Position numbers and translations under genes: made by a program. From Gnetum montanum (lineage: Eukaryota; Plantae; Gnetophyta), in contig MNCI01000738.1 of NCBI GenBank assembly GCA_015680685.1, positions 470,922-534,921 of the forward strand: a stretch of DNA of 64,000 nt. Direction: 5' to 3'. The notes below the pieces were generated by a model. That model had not been told where the DNA came from and did no database searches. It worked only from the letters and a program-made list of their open reading frames with translations. Numbering within the stretch: the stretch's first letter is position 1; each line of letters opens with the position of its first letter. Shown one piece after another: positions 40,265-51,105 of this stretch.

Positions 40265-42624
40265 TTAAGGAGTGATCTACTACAAGCAAGGGCCACTCTG
40301 AACTTGCCTTGGATGACTTCATAAATTCTAAAGAAAAGGAATCTTATTCTTTGTTCCTACATTGTTGTCACAAAAGAAGGTAATCAATATTACACAAAGA
40401 TGGACCTTTAAGAAGGTCTTGATAGAGAATACTCATTTCAACTAGGCTACTTCCTTAGTTATATACCTCAATGAGGAAATCCTCAAACTTCACAAAGACA
40501 CCTTTATAATAATCCACATGCATTATACCTTTTCTACAAGTTCTCTAAAGAGATTCACAGAGTTCTTGGTGGTGAGTAGAAATGGACAATGGGTAAGCTA
40601 GGACCCAAACTAACTCTCTAGGGCTAGGATAAAAGCATCTTTATCCAATTATGTGGGCCCAAAATCCATTAGTAGACATGGGAGATTCACTATCTATTAT
40701 CACCAAAGGATTTGATGGTAAGCAATGTGAATCCCTTGATAGCACAAGGGATGAGCCTTTGATCATTCTTGCAAACATCCTAATGGCCTAATAGTTGCAT
40801 TTTGAGGTTGATGAGGTGGCTAGAGCCAAGTTGAAATTTCCCATAGAGGAAGCACTACCAGCATCATAGCCACCCCCAAGTAGAAGATCCTCTTCAAGTT
40901 CAACCAATCACATCAAGCAATAGCAAGAAAGTTTAGCTATATTTTTTAATGTTTTGGATATGTTATGTTTTACATCTTATGGCTACATGTGCTAACTTGT
41001 CTAATGGATTATGGCTACAAACTAGTGATAGGAGATGGTAGCTCAAACTGACATTGCAAAAGAAGAGCAAAGGCATGTAGCAGAGGAGCACAAACGTGCT
41101 ACTAAGGAGCAAAGATGTGTGGTCGTTGCAGCATTAGAAGAACAAAGGCATGCAGAGGATGTACTCTTATAGCAACATGAGGCTAAAGAATTAGCCAATG
41201 TTGACATGGATGATCTAGACACCTTGTTTGGTGAGCCACTACCTCGGGAGCCCCCAATTGTCATCCCTGATGAAGATGAGGATTCATGTATGCTTATTCC
41301 TCTTATAGCCTATGGTTTTATGCTTGATTTTCATTATCACCTCTCGATGATTGTTATGCTTTTTGTAGTTCTTGAATCACCAGCAAAGGCCTCTACATCT
41401 ACATTTCACATGAAGTCATGGGTAGAGTCTCAGATAAGATAGAATTCATGCATGAGATGGCAAAGGACATCATCAATCGGCTACAACAAGTTGCACTTGA
41501 GATCGGTAAGAGCTACGTTTTACTATGCCTCAATCATTTTGCTATAAATTATGTTTCATGCTATGGCTATCTTAGTTTGTATATTTTTCTTATGGTTATA
41601 TTTTTATCATTTTTAGTACCATCATTTGCATGGGACTCAGCCCAAGACATGGAGTTTGACTCCTTACCTAAGCTTCCTCCCAACACTTAGAATGTACCCC
41701 TAAAGTTATACATAACTGCCACTGATCTTGTAGTTTCATGTACAAAAGCTTCATGGGAGTTTCAAAGGTCCAATGAATCCCTATGGGAGTAAGTTGTGGC
41801 CTTAACGAATGAAACTAAAAGATAAGTTGAGAGGACTAGGGATCTTGAGGATCATAAGGCCTTTGTGGAAGCCCAAGTGACTAACTTAGAGAACTTGTAG
41901 ACCAAGGAGATCACATGGACCTGCTACTGTGCACCATACACAACAAGGTGGCCCTTGCTAGGGAGTTAGCCAAGCAATAGATGTAGATGGGCTTAATCTC
42001 CCAAAAGATCCAAGACTAGAGGGATTATAGTGCATGGATCCTAGACTAGTGCTAGGCACAAAAAGATCATAAGAGGTAGTATAAGGTCAATTAAGAGGCA
42101 TACTTGAAGTGGTTGAAGAAGGAAACAACTAAATGATGTAAGATGGAGCTATTCATTTAGGGCATTCAGGCTGAGAGTGCTTACAAATTCTTTGAAAGCA
42201 CTTTCACCGTAGTCGAATCCCCTTCTTCTCAAGTTACTATGGCTGCAAATGAGGTCTCTATGGCTACAATCTCATGAGAGCCACCAACATGGATAAGACA
42301 AACATCCTCACTAACATTAATTTTGGATATGTTGACTAGTCCAACATTTTAGAAGACTAAATTCTCCATTATTTGAAGACTAGTCTTCAACATCTTCCCC
42401 AAGAGTTCATGGAGCCGGATTCCCCATAGGTTTGATGACTTTCATATTTTGAATTTCAATTTTGGATTTATTTAAGTTATACTTTTTGGCTATTGGTTAC
42501 TGATTGATTGTATGTTATTGTGTCACAAGCATTAGGTGACATCAATGGCCCTAGTGATGATGGTGATGATGATGATCAACCACCTCCTACTTCAGGTGCC
42601 CCCTTAGCACAACCAAACATTTGA
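40265..42624 (+). pseudogene. 3' half of the antisense multi-exon gene in element A
   Basis: T-rich GT-AG introns at 41288-41368, 41506-41616 and 42430-42529. Exons encode PPIVIPDEDE, a coiled-coil-like stretch and an acidic/Pro-rich tail ending at TGA 42622-42624. Confidence 0.62.
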
Positions 42625-43019
42625 TGTGACAACACTTGTTGTTGATTTCATTTTAGTTTTCATGTTGGATGTTATATGGCCAATGTTAGCCAATGTTTGA
42701 AGTGTAGGCATTTTGACAATTATGGCTTATTTTTTTAATATTTATGCCACATAATGTGACCATGGCTATATATTTTTATTTTTCAATATTTTAAATTTTA
42801 AGTTTTGATTTTAGTTTTGGCTATATATGTTGTTGATAACTTTACTATTTTAAGATTTTAAGACTATAAAAGTTGCAAATAACTATGTTAAGGTTGCAAA
42901 TAACTATGTTAAGAATGGCTACGTTGGTTAGGTAGAAAATAGCTAAACTATAAAATTACAAACAACTATAGGATAAGGGCTTCTTGCAAGTTTTAGGCCA
43001 TGACCAGCCATATGTTTAT

Positions 43020-43250
43020 CACTAGTTTAAGGTCATGGTAGGCCATGATGCCAGTTTAAAGTCTAGCAGACTACAATGCTAGTTTAGAGTCTTAACAAAT
43101 TGTAGTGTTAGCTTAGAATCTTTGCAAACTGCAATGCTAATTTAGAGTCTTAGTAGACTAAGATATTGGTTTAAGGCCTTGGCAATTCATACTGCTAGTT
43201 TAATGCCTTATCAAGCCATGGGTTTTGCCAGTTTTAGGCCATGATAGGCC
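43020..43250. repeat. ~29-bp tandem repeat (gccagtttaaggtcttagcaggccatgat-like)
   Basis: About 8 decayed units. Related arrays occur at 2010-2140, 13940-14000, 15760-15850 and 31970-32115. Confidence 0.75.
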
Positions 43251-43528
43251 TGCATTGAAAGGAAATTTATATTTTTGGCAATTTTCTATTTTAAAGTCTT
43301 TATGTGTTTTCTCATTTTAAATTTTTTATTAGATTTTTTTATGTTTATAACATGCCAAAAAGGAAGAAAAAATGTAATAAAAGTAAAACATAGGCTACAT
43401 GCATAAAAGATTAAAATAAAGTGTACAAAAAGGCACAATAGGACAACAAAGAAAATTTAGGCTAGATGGTTATCGATACATATGGTTACATGATCACAAG
43501 GGCATGGGTAGAAGGGCCAGAGTGTACA

Positions 43529-46380
43529 TCACTTGTGTAGATTCTTCCTAATCTTTGAAAGATTAAGAAATGTGTAAGGCCTATTCTGCACAAGTTTGTA
43601 TTCACCATCCCCTTCACCAATGATGTTGAAAGGGAGTTCATCTCATAATGCATCTCATTGCTCATCATTGGCATTCTTGGCTTTCTCCTCTCTCTTGAGT
43701 TGCTAGAACTTGTGGCTAGGAGTGTCTTCTTGAAACTTCACTTTAGATCCCTACTCTATGTCCACATTGTTAATAGCCAAAGGAACCACATTATCACCAT
43801 GAATGATGATTTCACCTCCCTCATAAGGTAGGTGAATCTCTTGATCGATAGGCGAAGACATGGCTCTTAGGTAAGCCAACCAAGATCTTTCCAAGATAAG
43901 GTTAAACCCTGGTGTCTCCTCCACCACTAAGAAATCAACGATTGTGGGGAATTACTCTCCTACCACAAAATTTAAGGAGATAGATCCCTTGACAATAATC
44001 CTTGATCCATTGATGGACTTAAGAGCTATGGTTGTTATACGTTATATCTACTTCGTTAGGCCTAAGCATTCAACAATAGTGCATATCCAAGGAGATAGAT
44101 CCCTTGATAGTAATTCTTGATCCATTGAAGGACTTGAGAGTTGCAGTTATTGTACATTGTATCTACTCCGTTAGGCCTAGGTGTTCAATGATAGTACATG
44201 GAATAACATTAGTTGTAGCTCCATCATCTACATGCACTCGATGCACCTTATATTAGCCTACTTGTATGGTGACAAAAAGAGGATCCCTAGTTACCTCACC
44301 AATATGAGGACTAGTCTTGATTTTACTATCACAAAACACTAGCGATGTTGACTTCTTCTCCCTTGGTGAAGAAGAAACCACCACTACATGGATGGATTCT
44401 TCGTTAGTAGGGATGTCCTCACTAATGGGAATGCAAGTTAGCAACTCATGATGTGTAGTAGAAGTCATGATCAAGTTGTACAAGCTCAAAGTTGTGTTCT
44501 TCTACTTGAGGGATTGCTTGACCTATTCCATCACACTGAGAAAGTTCTTGTCATTGAGCATGGGCTTGTCACCCCAATTGTGCTTTACTTCTTCCATACA
44601 CCCTAAAATGCAAACTTCAAACTTGGGTTGTTGTGGTTTTTCCTCTTTCTATTTATCTTGGCTCTTAGGATCCTCTCATGATTTACTTGTGGAAGTAGCT
44701 TGGGTTGTAGAAGTCATGGGCATTGACGATATAGAAGTGAGTTTCAGTAGGCCCACTTCCTTCCCTGACTAGGCCTACTTGTCATCTTTATTATTGAGCT
44801 TCTCCTTAGGCTTCTTCCTTTGCTTACTTGAGGCCTTCTAGTTGTTAACGATTGTGTGGAAGGAAAATGCTATGGCATTGGCCACCACAGGAGGCTATTT
44901 TTCAATTGTATGGGCTTGTTGGGTTGTAGTGGGCTAAGACATCCTAATGATGAAAGGCCCCCTTGAAGGCATTCATGATGGTACTCTCACAACAGAAGCA
45001 AATATTGAGCTAGTGGAAGCTAAAGAGGCCCTTTCATTATGAAGGGGTACCGAATGACAAATGGTTCCCTCACAGGTCTCCAATTTTCATCAATGTTAAA
45101 CATCAATATGACATATGCACTATTATTGGTGTTCCATAGCTCCTTGTACACTTACATTGATTGATTTTGTCGTTGAATAGGATTAGATGCATCAAGGATT
45201 AACTCACCCCTATTTATCATCTTTTGTAGGTCATCCTTCAACACAAGGTAGAAGTTAATGTCATGACTAGAAAATTAATCATAGTGGTAGAAGCAATCAA
45301 GTTTGAAATGCTTGGTCAACTAGGGATCATCCCTGGTTACTCAAGTGGTATCCTTGGCTATCTCACATAGCCTTTAATGTTTTTAACAACCAGGTTCAAA
45401 CATCTACTTATATTGGATCCTTCTACTCTTCAACAGTTGATCTTAGAGTTCAGATGGCTTTAGAGGTAAAGTAGTGTATTTTTTCCTATTTTTCCACTCA
45501 AAGTTTGATTTGGTCATGGTCAATGCAATGGCCTCAGAGGTTGATGGTTGTTTACCTTGGTTGTTAATAGGGATTTTTGGTGCATTGGCCCTTGGCCCCT
45601 AGTTGGTTGTTTTGGCTTCTTTGGTTATGATTACCACCACCACATTTTTCTACTTGCCCTTCTCCTTATCCCTCCATGTATATTAACTTTTGTTTGCCAC
45701 ATAGGCAAGGTCATGACTAGCCTTCACGGCATCCTCTATGTTTCTCATCTAAGAGAAGGCTTGATTGTGTGACCATGGGTCAAGGTATATCATAGATTTA
45801 ATAAAATCATTGATTGTCCCCTTCAATATAGCCAAAAGGTGGGTTTCAGCTATAGGCTCTTGTATTTCATTTAGTAGACTATTCTACTATTGGATGAATT
45901 TTTGCACTAGTTCAAGGGATCCTTGCTTAACCTTCATCAACTAGTCAAGCATAGTGTCAAGCTTTAAGTTATATTTGAAGTGATTAATAACTTGAGCTAT
46001 TAGGTCCTCAAGAAAGTATATAGATCCTCTAGGTACAATATGGTACTAGTCAAGCACTTTCCCAATCAAGGACATAAGAAAAATTCTCACTACAATGTGT
46101 GGTCATGGTTGCAATAGCAAGAACTTGGAGAAAAAGGTAATTAGATGGGCATTCAAATCACCTTCACTATTATACTTGGTGAACTAGGGCATAGGGACAC
46201 ACCAAGGAAAAGAGTTAGTAGTGGAACAACTAGTGGTGGGAGATTGATGAAAGTCAATCAAGTAAGATAGGATGCTAGCATAGACATCAATGAGGGATAT
46301 TTGGTCATACAAGGAAGGAATATACTCCTTCCCATTATGTTGTATAAGCTTAAACTCCTTCTTGGCTTCTACTTCCATTC
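43529..46380 (-). pseudogene. gag: Element A gag-protease
   Basis: KYNSEGDLNAHLITF..IFLMSLIGKVLD gag core, protease RVHVDDGATTNVIP near 44200-44242 and NLILERSWLAYL. Ends RKNLHK-TGA at 43529-43531. Confidence 0.87.
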
Positions 46381-47209
46381 ATAGAATTAGCATGCCAACC
46401 TAGATCCTAGCACAAATGAAGTTGTAGTGCTCTTCATTTATTACCAATAACCTAAGAATTTTTCCCCTAAGTCTCAAATACTATCTACATTCAAGTATGA
46501 AATATCCTTAGGATCATATATGCTTACAGCTTGTTGGTTGGGCCCATTGTTAATGAAATCGAAGGGCAACTTGGTCAACTATTGCAAAGACATGGCTATG
46601 ATGTTGAAAAAGGCTTGAAGCAAATTCCAGCAAGTAGAATTTAAAAATGATTAAAAGAAGCAAAAATGGCTAAAAATGGACTACTTACTATAAATAGTAA
46701 ATGGGGATCAAGGAGGGTACATTCCTTTTGCTAAAAATGGTAAGCTAAAAAGGTAGTACCAAACCTCACCCACATTAAGCTTCCTAGCTACTCCTACATT
46801 GGGTGCAATAGGGGGAAAAGAAGGAAGTAGGTGAGATAGGGAGATCTCACACCTTCCTAACCAATGTTGGTGAATATGGAGTTTGAAAACCCAAAGTGAA
46901 AACTTGAAACTTTTCACAAGCAACTATTTTAGCAAGTTATCAATTTTCACAATAAGGGGAAATGAGGATTTGGGTTATTGAAACCATCAATGCTAGCCTC
47001 TCTTAGAAAATGTGCAGTAACTACTATGAAAACTCCAAATCCCAAACACCTGAAACTTCCATGTTGGGTTTTGGAAGCAAATGGGAATGGACTGCAATGT
47101 TGATTATAATGCAAATTCAAGGTTTTTGGCTATAAACTAGAGATTACAACTTGTAGGTCAATGTTGGCTATGAGATAAATATACTTTGACATGGAAATCA
47201 AGCGAAGGT

Positions 47210-47225
47210 CCTCCTTCTAACACCA
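47210..47225 (-). other. PBS of element A, tRNA-Asn type
   Basis: Minus strand reads tggtgttagaaggagg, 7 nt after the LTR end ttgcaaca. Confidence 0.82.
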
Positions 47226-47232
47226 AAAAAAC

Positions 47233-48730
47233 TGTTGCAATTAGAAAATTTGATCACTTGGAAATCAAATGTTCTAATGTAGTAACCTCAACCTTGAATC
47301 TCCATGGCCTTTGAAAAATGGAATTCAGAGTGCCCTAGATAGCTCGATAGATCACCTAGGGAATTAGAAAATGCAAAATGAGGTAATGAAATGAAATGTA
47401 AATGCAGATATGAACATTTGAATAAACTAAAAGTAAAAATAAATTATCCAATTCATACACAAATCAAAACTATAAACTTTATTGCTAAAAAATAAGGAGA
47501 TTTTAGAGATTGTGTACAAAGTATGTCTAAAAGCAAAGTAGGAGGTTTCACTTATGTTGAAGCCAATGTAATCAACTCCATAATCTAAATGCTCTACCAC
47601 TCCTGATGTTGTCAAACCTTTGCAACTTCTCCAGATTTATACCACTGGCTATGTTGGGGAATGAGAAGTGTGAAGGATTTGTGACACCAAAGTGGGCAAC
47701 ACTGACAATTTTTGATACCAAATACCCAACATTGATGACAAAGCCTTACATATCTCAAGGAGTTAACGGTGATTACAAGTGTGTGAGATCACAAGAGCTC
47801 TTAAGTACTTGAAAATGCCCAAGTGTGGAATGGTTAAGAGTGTGTAACCTAAAAATGGTATTTGAGGTTGGTTTTTATAGGTTTTGCGCCATGGATTATG
47901 ATGCAAAATGATAGTGATTTTGCTAAAAATTGGCTATAATTTGGCTACAAATTTTTGTCATGTATAGGTAAGGTAGGTACCCAAATTTGGGGGGGTCACT
48001 ATGTATGGAAGGTGCCATACCTCCATGGACATTCCATTTACCAAAAATAGTAACAGGGATACATAATCCACGATGGCTTTGTTCTTCCATGCTGGGTCTT
48101 CTACCATCCTTGTTGAAGTGCATGGTTAACATTAAAGCTAATGGAGTGTTGAGATCTTTTGTTTTGTTGCTTCTATGCTGGGGGAAGGTGCATCAATGTT
48201 GGGAGGATGGAATTTTAACACTAGGAAAAGGTCATACCCCCCCCCCCCCCCCCCCCCCCCCCCCNTGATGGATACCACCCCCTCTAGGCTGGGAGTAGGT
48301 TGGCTATACCCCTCCATGCTAAGATCTACTCCTAATCGTTGGTGGTAGGTGAGATCTACCCCTCCATGTTGGGGCTAGGTGGGTCACATCCCCGATAGGT
48401 GAGTTATACCCCCATGCATGCATCTTTAGCATAGAAAATGCTATACCCACCATAAAACCCATCAAATTTCCTCTTTTGGCATTCCAAAAGAAATTTTTGA
48501 ACCTCCCATCCCCACCCCCTCCCTCAAGCCTAAATATAGACATTACATAACTTTTTCCACTTGAAAGATGAGGCTTGATCACTTATGAGGCATTTTTTAG
48601 CCCCAAAAGTATGAAATATGTGACATTACCCCATCATGTATTACAATCTTTACATTTACAATGAAGTTTTAGCCTCAAGCTTCATGGGGTGAAGGCTAGG
48701 TTACAACATTCAATTCTAGTGGTGTTTCAA
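47233..48730 (-). repeat. 5' LTR of element A (outer end truncated)
   Basis: tgttgcaa terminus at 47233; minus-strand TATA near 47872-47880; right part aligns with 473-960. Confidence 0.85.
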
Positions 48731-48879
48731 GTCCTATTTATCTTCTAGAGGGACTAGCATGAATGTAGCACTACATTCTGTAGCATAGTGCCAAGGTCAG
48801 TGCAACTACCTTTGAATTTCAAGTAAACAAAGATGCTTTGACCACTTATATGTGCTTGTTAGTGGGTGGGTAGCTAACA

Positions 48880-51105
48880 CTCTTCCAAAACTGCATTGCC
48901 ATAGTTTAGATCAAAAATGGTAGCACCATGGAAAATGTTCCCACTAATGTTCTTGAAACTATGTTGGTGGAGATTTGTAGCAAATCTCCAGTTTGTTGGC
49001 ATAATTTTGCAATACATAACTTTTCATCATGTGCCCTCTCTATGGAAGAAATTAAAATTTGGGTTACAGCTTAAAATTCATCCCTTGATCCCTCCCCATG
49101 GATCACACTTCAATCCTTAAAGAATTTACTACCTTTGCTAAGCTCCTTCATTAACAAAATTTCTTCAAAAATAAACTTAAAGATGTCTTTTCTTCTTTTT
49201 CATTTATTGTTGTAACCCAAGTTGCAAAATTGAAACTCCACTATCTTAGTAAATGGAATCCACCCTTGAGCAACTTTAATTCTAAACTTGAGACATGTAT
49301 TCACAGTTGTCTCTCTTATTTTGAAGTTGCCCTTTCCTCCACAAACTTTCATAGCTGGCATCCTCTTCCTCGTCATCTTCTTAGAGCACTTCACAAACTC
49401 CAAAAAGATCAAAACATTGTTATTTAGCCTATTGATAAAAATCTTGGTATTTGTGTCCTTGAATCCTCTTAGTATTTTGAAGAGGCCATTAAACATTGTC
49501 TGATTTAGATGTCTACCATTGTGTGGATTCCATTCCATGGAAAGCTCTCTGTTGTCAGCTTTCTTCCATTGTCAACTGGTATCTCTAGGTTTTCTCCAAT
49601 TTTGAGGACTCCCTCCTCAATTGCAAGGCTTTCAAATCCACAAGCATGTTCTAGTTGGTCATCCAATCTACTTAGGTTATGTTCTTGAACCCGCTTATCA
49701 CCTACTCCATTATTTCTTATTCCCCATTTTATGTTCTCAACCATACCATCTACAAGATTCTTGTGCCTTGATCCATGATTTACACTCCTAAGTTCTACCT
49801 CATAACATTCTTCTCTTTACATTTGATGTAGAATCTCTTTATCCAAACATTTCCATGAACCGTGGCCTTTCTGCCTTTTCATTTGCAAAATTTGTACAAC
49901 AACGCCATTCTGGAGCTTGCTTCTTTGGTTCTCCAAGAACATTTCTTGGAGTTCAATGGAGTGCACTACAAATAGATCTACAACATTGTAATGGGGAGTA
50001 ACTTTGCCATTGTTTATGCCTACCTTTTTCTATGCCATCTAGAGAAACAAGTTTTCTCTACTCTAGATTCTCAAAATCTTTTGTAAATACAAAAGATTTA
50101 TTGATGATGCTTTTGGCATTTGGAGTGGTTCTCAAGACTTCCTTTCTCATCTTTTTTCACAGTATGATAATATTTATCCTTCTATTAACATTACACCTAC
50201 TGTGTCTAATTTTGTAGCACATATCCTTGATCTCACATTTTTCAAGGATCCCAATTTTTCCAACACTAGTATTTTATCTACCAAGTGTTATCAAAAATCC
50301 TTGAATACATACCAATGTATCCCTTTCTCCTTTTGGCATCCATTCCACCAGAAGAAAGCCTTCATTATTACAGAACTCAAAAGGTATCTCTTTAGGGAAT
50401 CTTGTCTCAGTGATCTTCAACAGATTCAACTTCAGCTTTTTCAATAACTTTGTGCTCGAGGATATCCTTCACACCCGCTAGTCCATTATTTCAACCTTAT
50501 TCCTACTTCCTCCAAATAATCTCTTCTCACTAGACTCCATCAAAGTCATGACATTCGCCTTAGGTGTCAAACCCCTCTTATTTTCAAACTGGATTTTAGT
50601 CCTTCTACTAAATCCTTGAACATGAGGGCCTTCATAAACTCTATACTTGCTCGACTTCACCAAAAAGATCTAACACTCAAGACTGTCATTCTACATGTGG
50701 TTGCATGTTGGAGGAATCCTCAAAAGCTACGTTATCTTCTTGTTAAAACTAGATTTCAGTGCAATGTCCCACCCCCACTTTGGCCAAAATGAGTGGGACT
50801 CATTTAAAAATTAGTTGTCTTTATCTTTAGATTTTAAAATTGTCAAGATGGGATACTATTTATTCAAGCACTTGCTACCCATGCCATCTCTCATAGCTTT
50901 GCTCCAAAACATACTAATGAGGAGTGAGAATCCCCAAAAATGTTTTATGTTGTAGCTTTGCTTAATGTCCATTTGAGCTTTTTTCAATCTATTTTTTCTT
51001 TCTTCTTTTTTCTTTATTTTTCATTTCCATTTTTTCCTTAGCTACACGAGATCATAACAAAATTTTAATCTAACCTCAAAATTTTAATATAACCTCAAAT
51101 TTTTA
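48880..51105 (+). mobile_element. Penelope-like retroelement, copy 1 (decayed RT ORF ~48930-50792, no GIY-YIG seen)
   Basis: HNFSSCALSMEEIKILGYSLKFIP, PIDKNLG, IHK..GHPI, TFDVESLYPNI (49819-49851), MGSNFA, KRFIDD and HPFHQKKAFIITELKRY..RGYP are PLE RT and thumb motifs. Confidence 0.92.
50908..50951 (+). ncRNA. Minimal type I hammerhead ribozyme, mutated core
   Basis: aacata-CTAATGA-ggag tgagaat cccc-AAAA-atgt-tt-tatgtt; homologous to the copy with an intact core at 51283-51326. Confidence 0.7.

Larger units (their letters stand above)
473..48730 (-). mobile_element. Ty3/Gypsy Tat-clade LTR retrotransposon A (decayed; ~20 kb after removing nested element B)
   Basis: Matching LTRs (473-1029 and 47233-48730), tRNA-Asn PBS, gag-PR at 43529-46380 and RT-RH-aRH-INT at 2190-5683. 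The internal antisense reading frame continues across the B insertion. Confidence 0.8.

Noticed and set aside
48237-48264. Poly-C tract as a G-quadruplex element
   Set aside because: Next to an N, and the sister LTR has only a short C run, so the length is unreliable. The same applies near 1407-1443.
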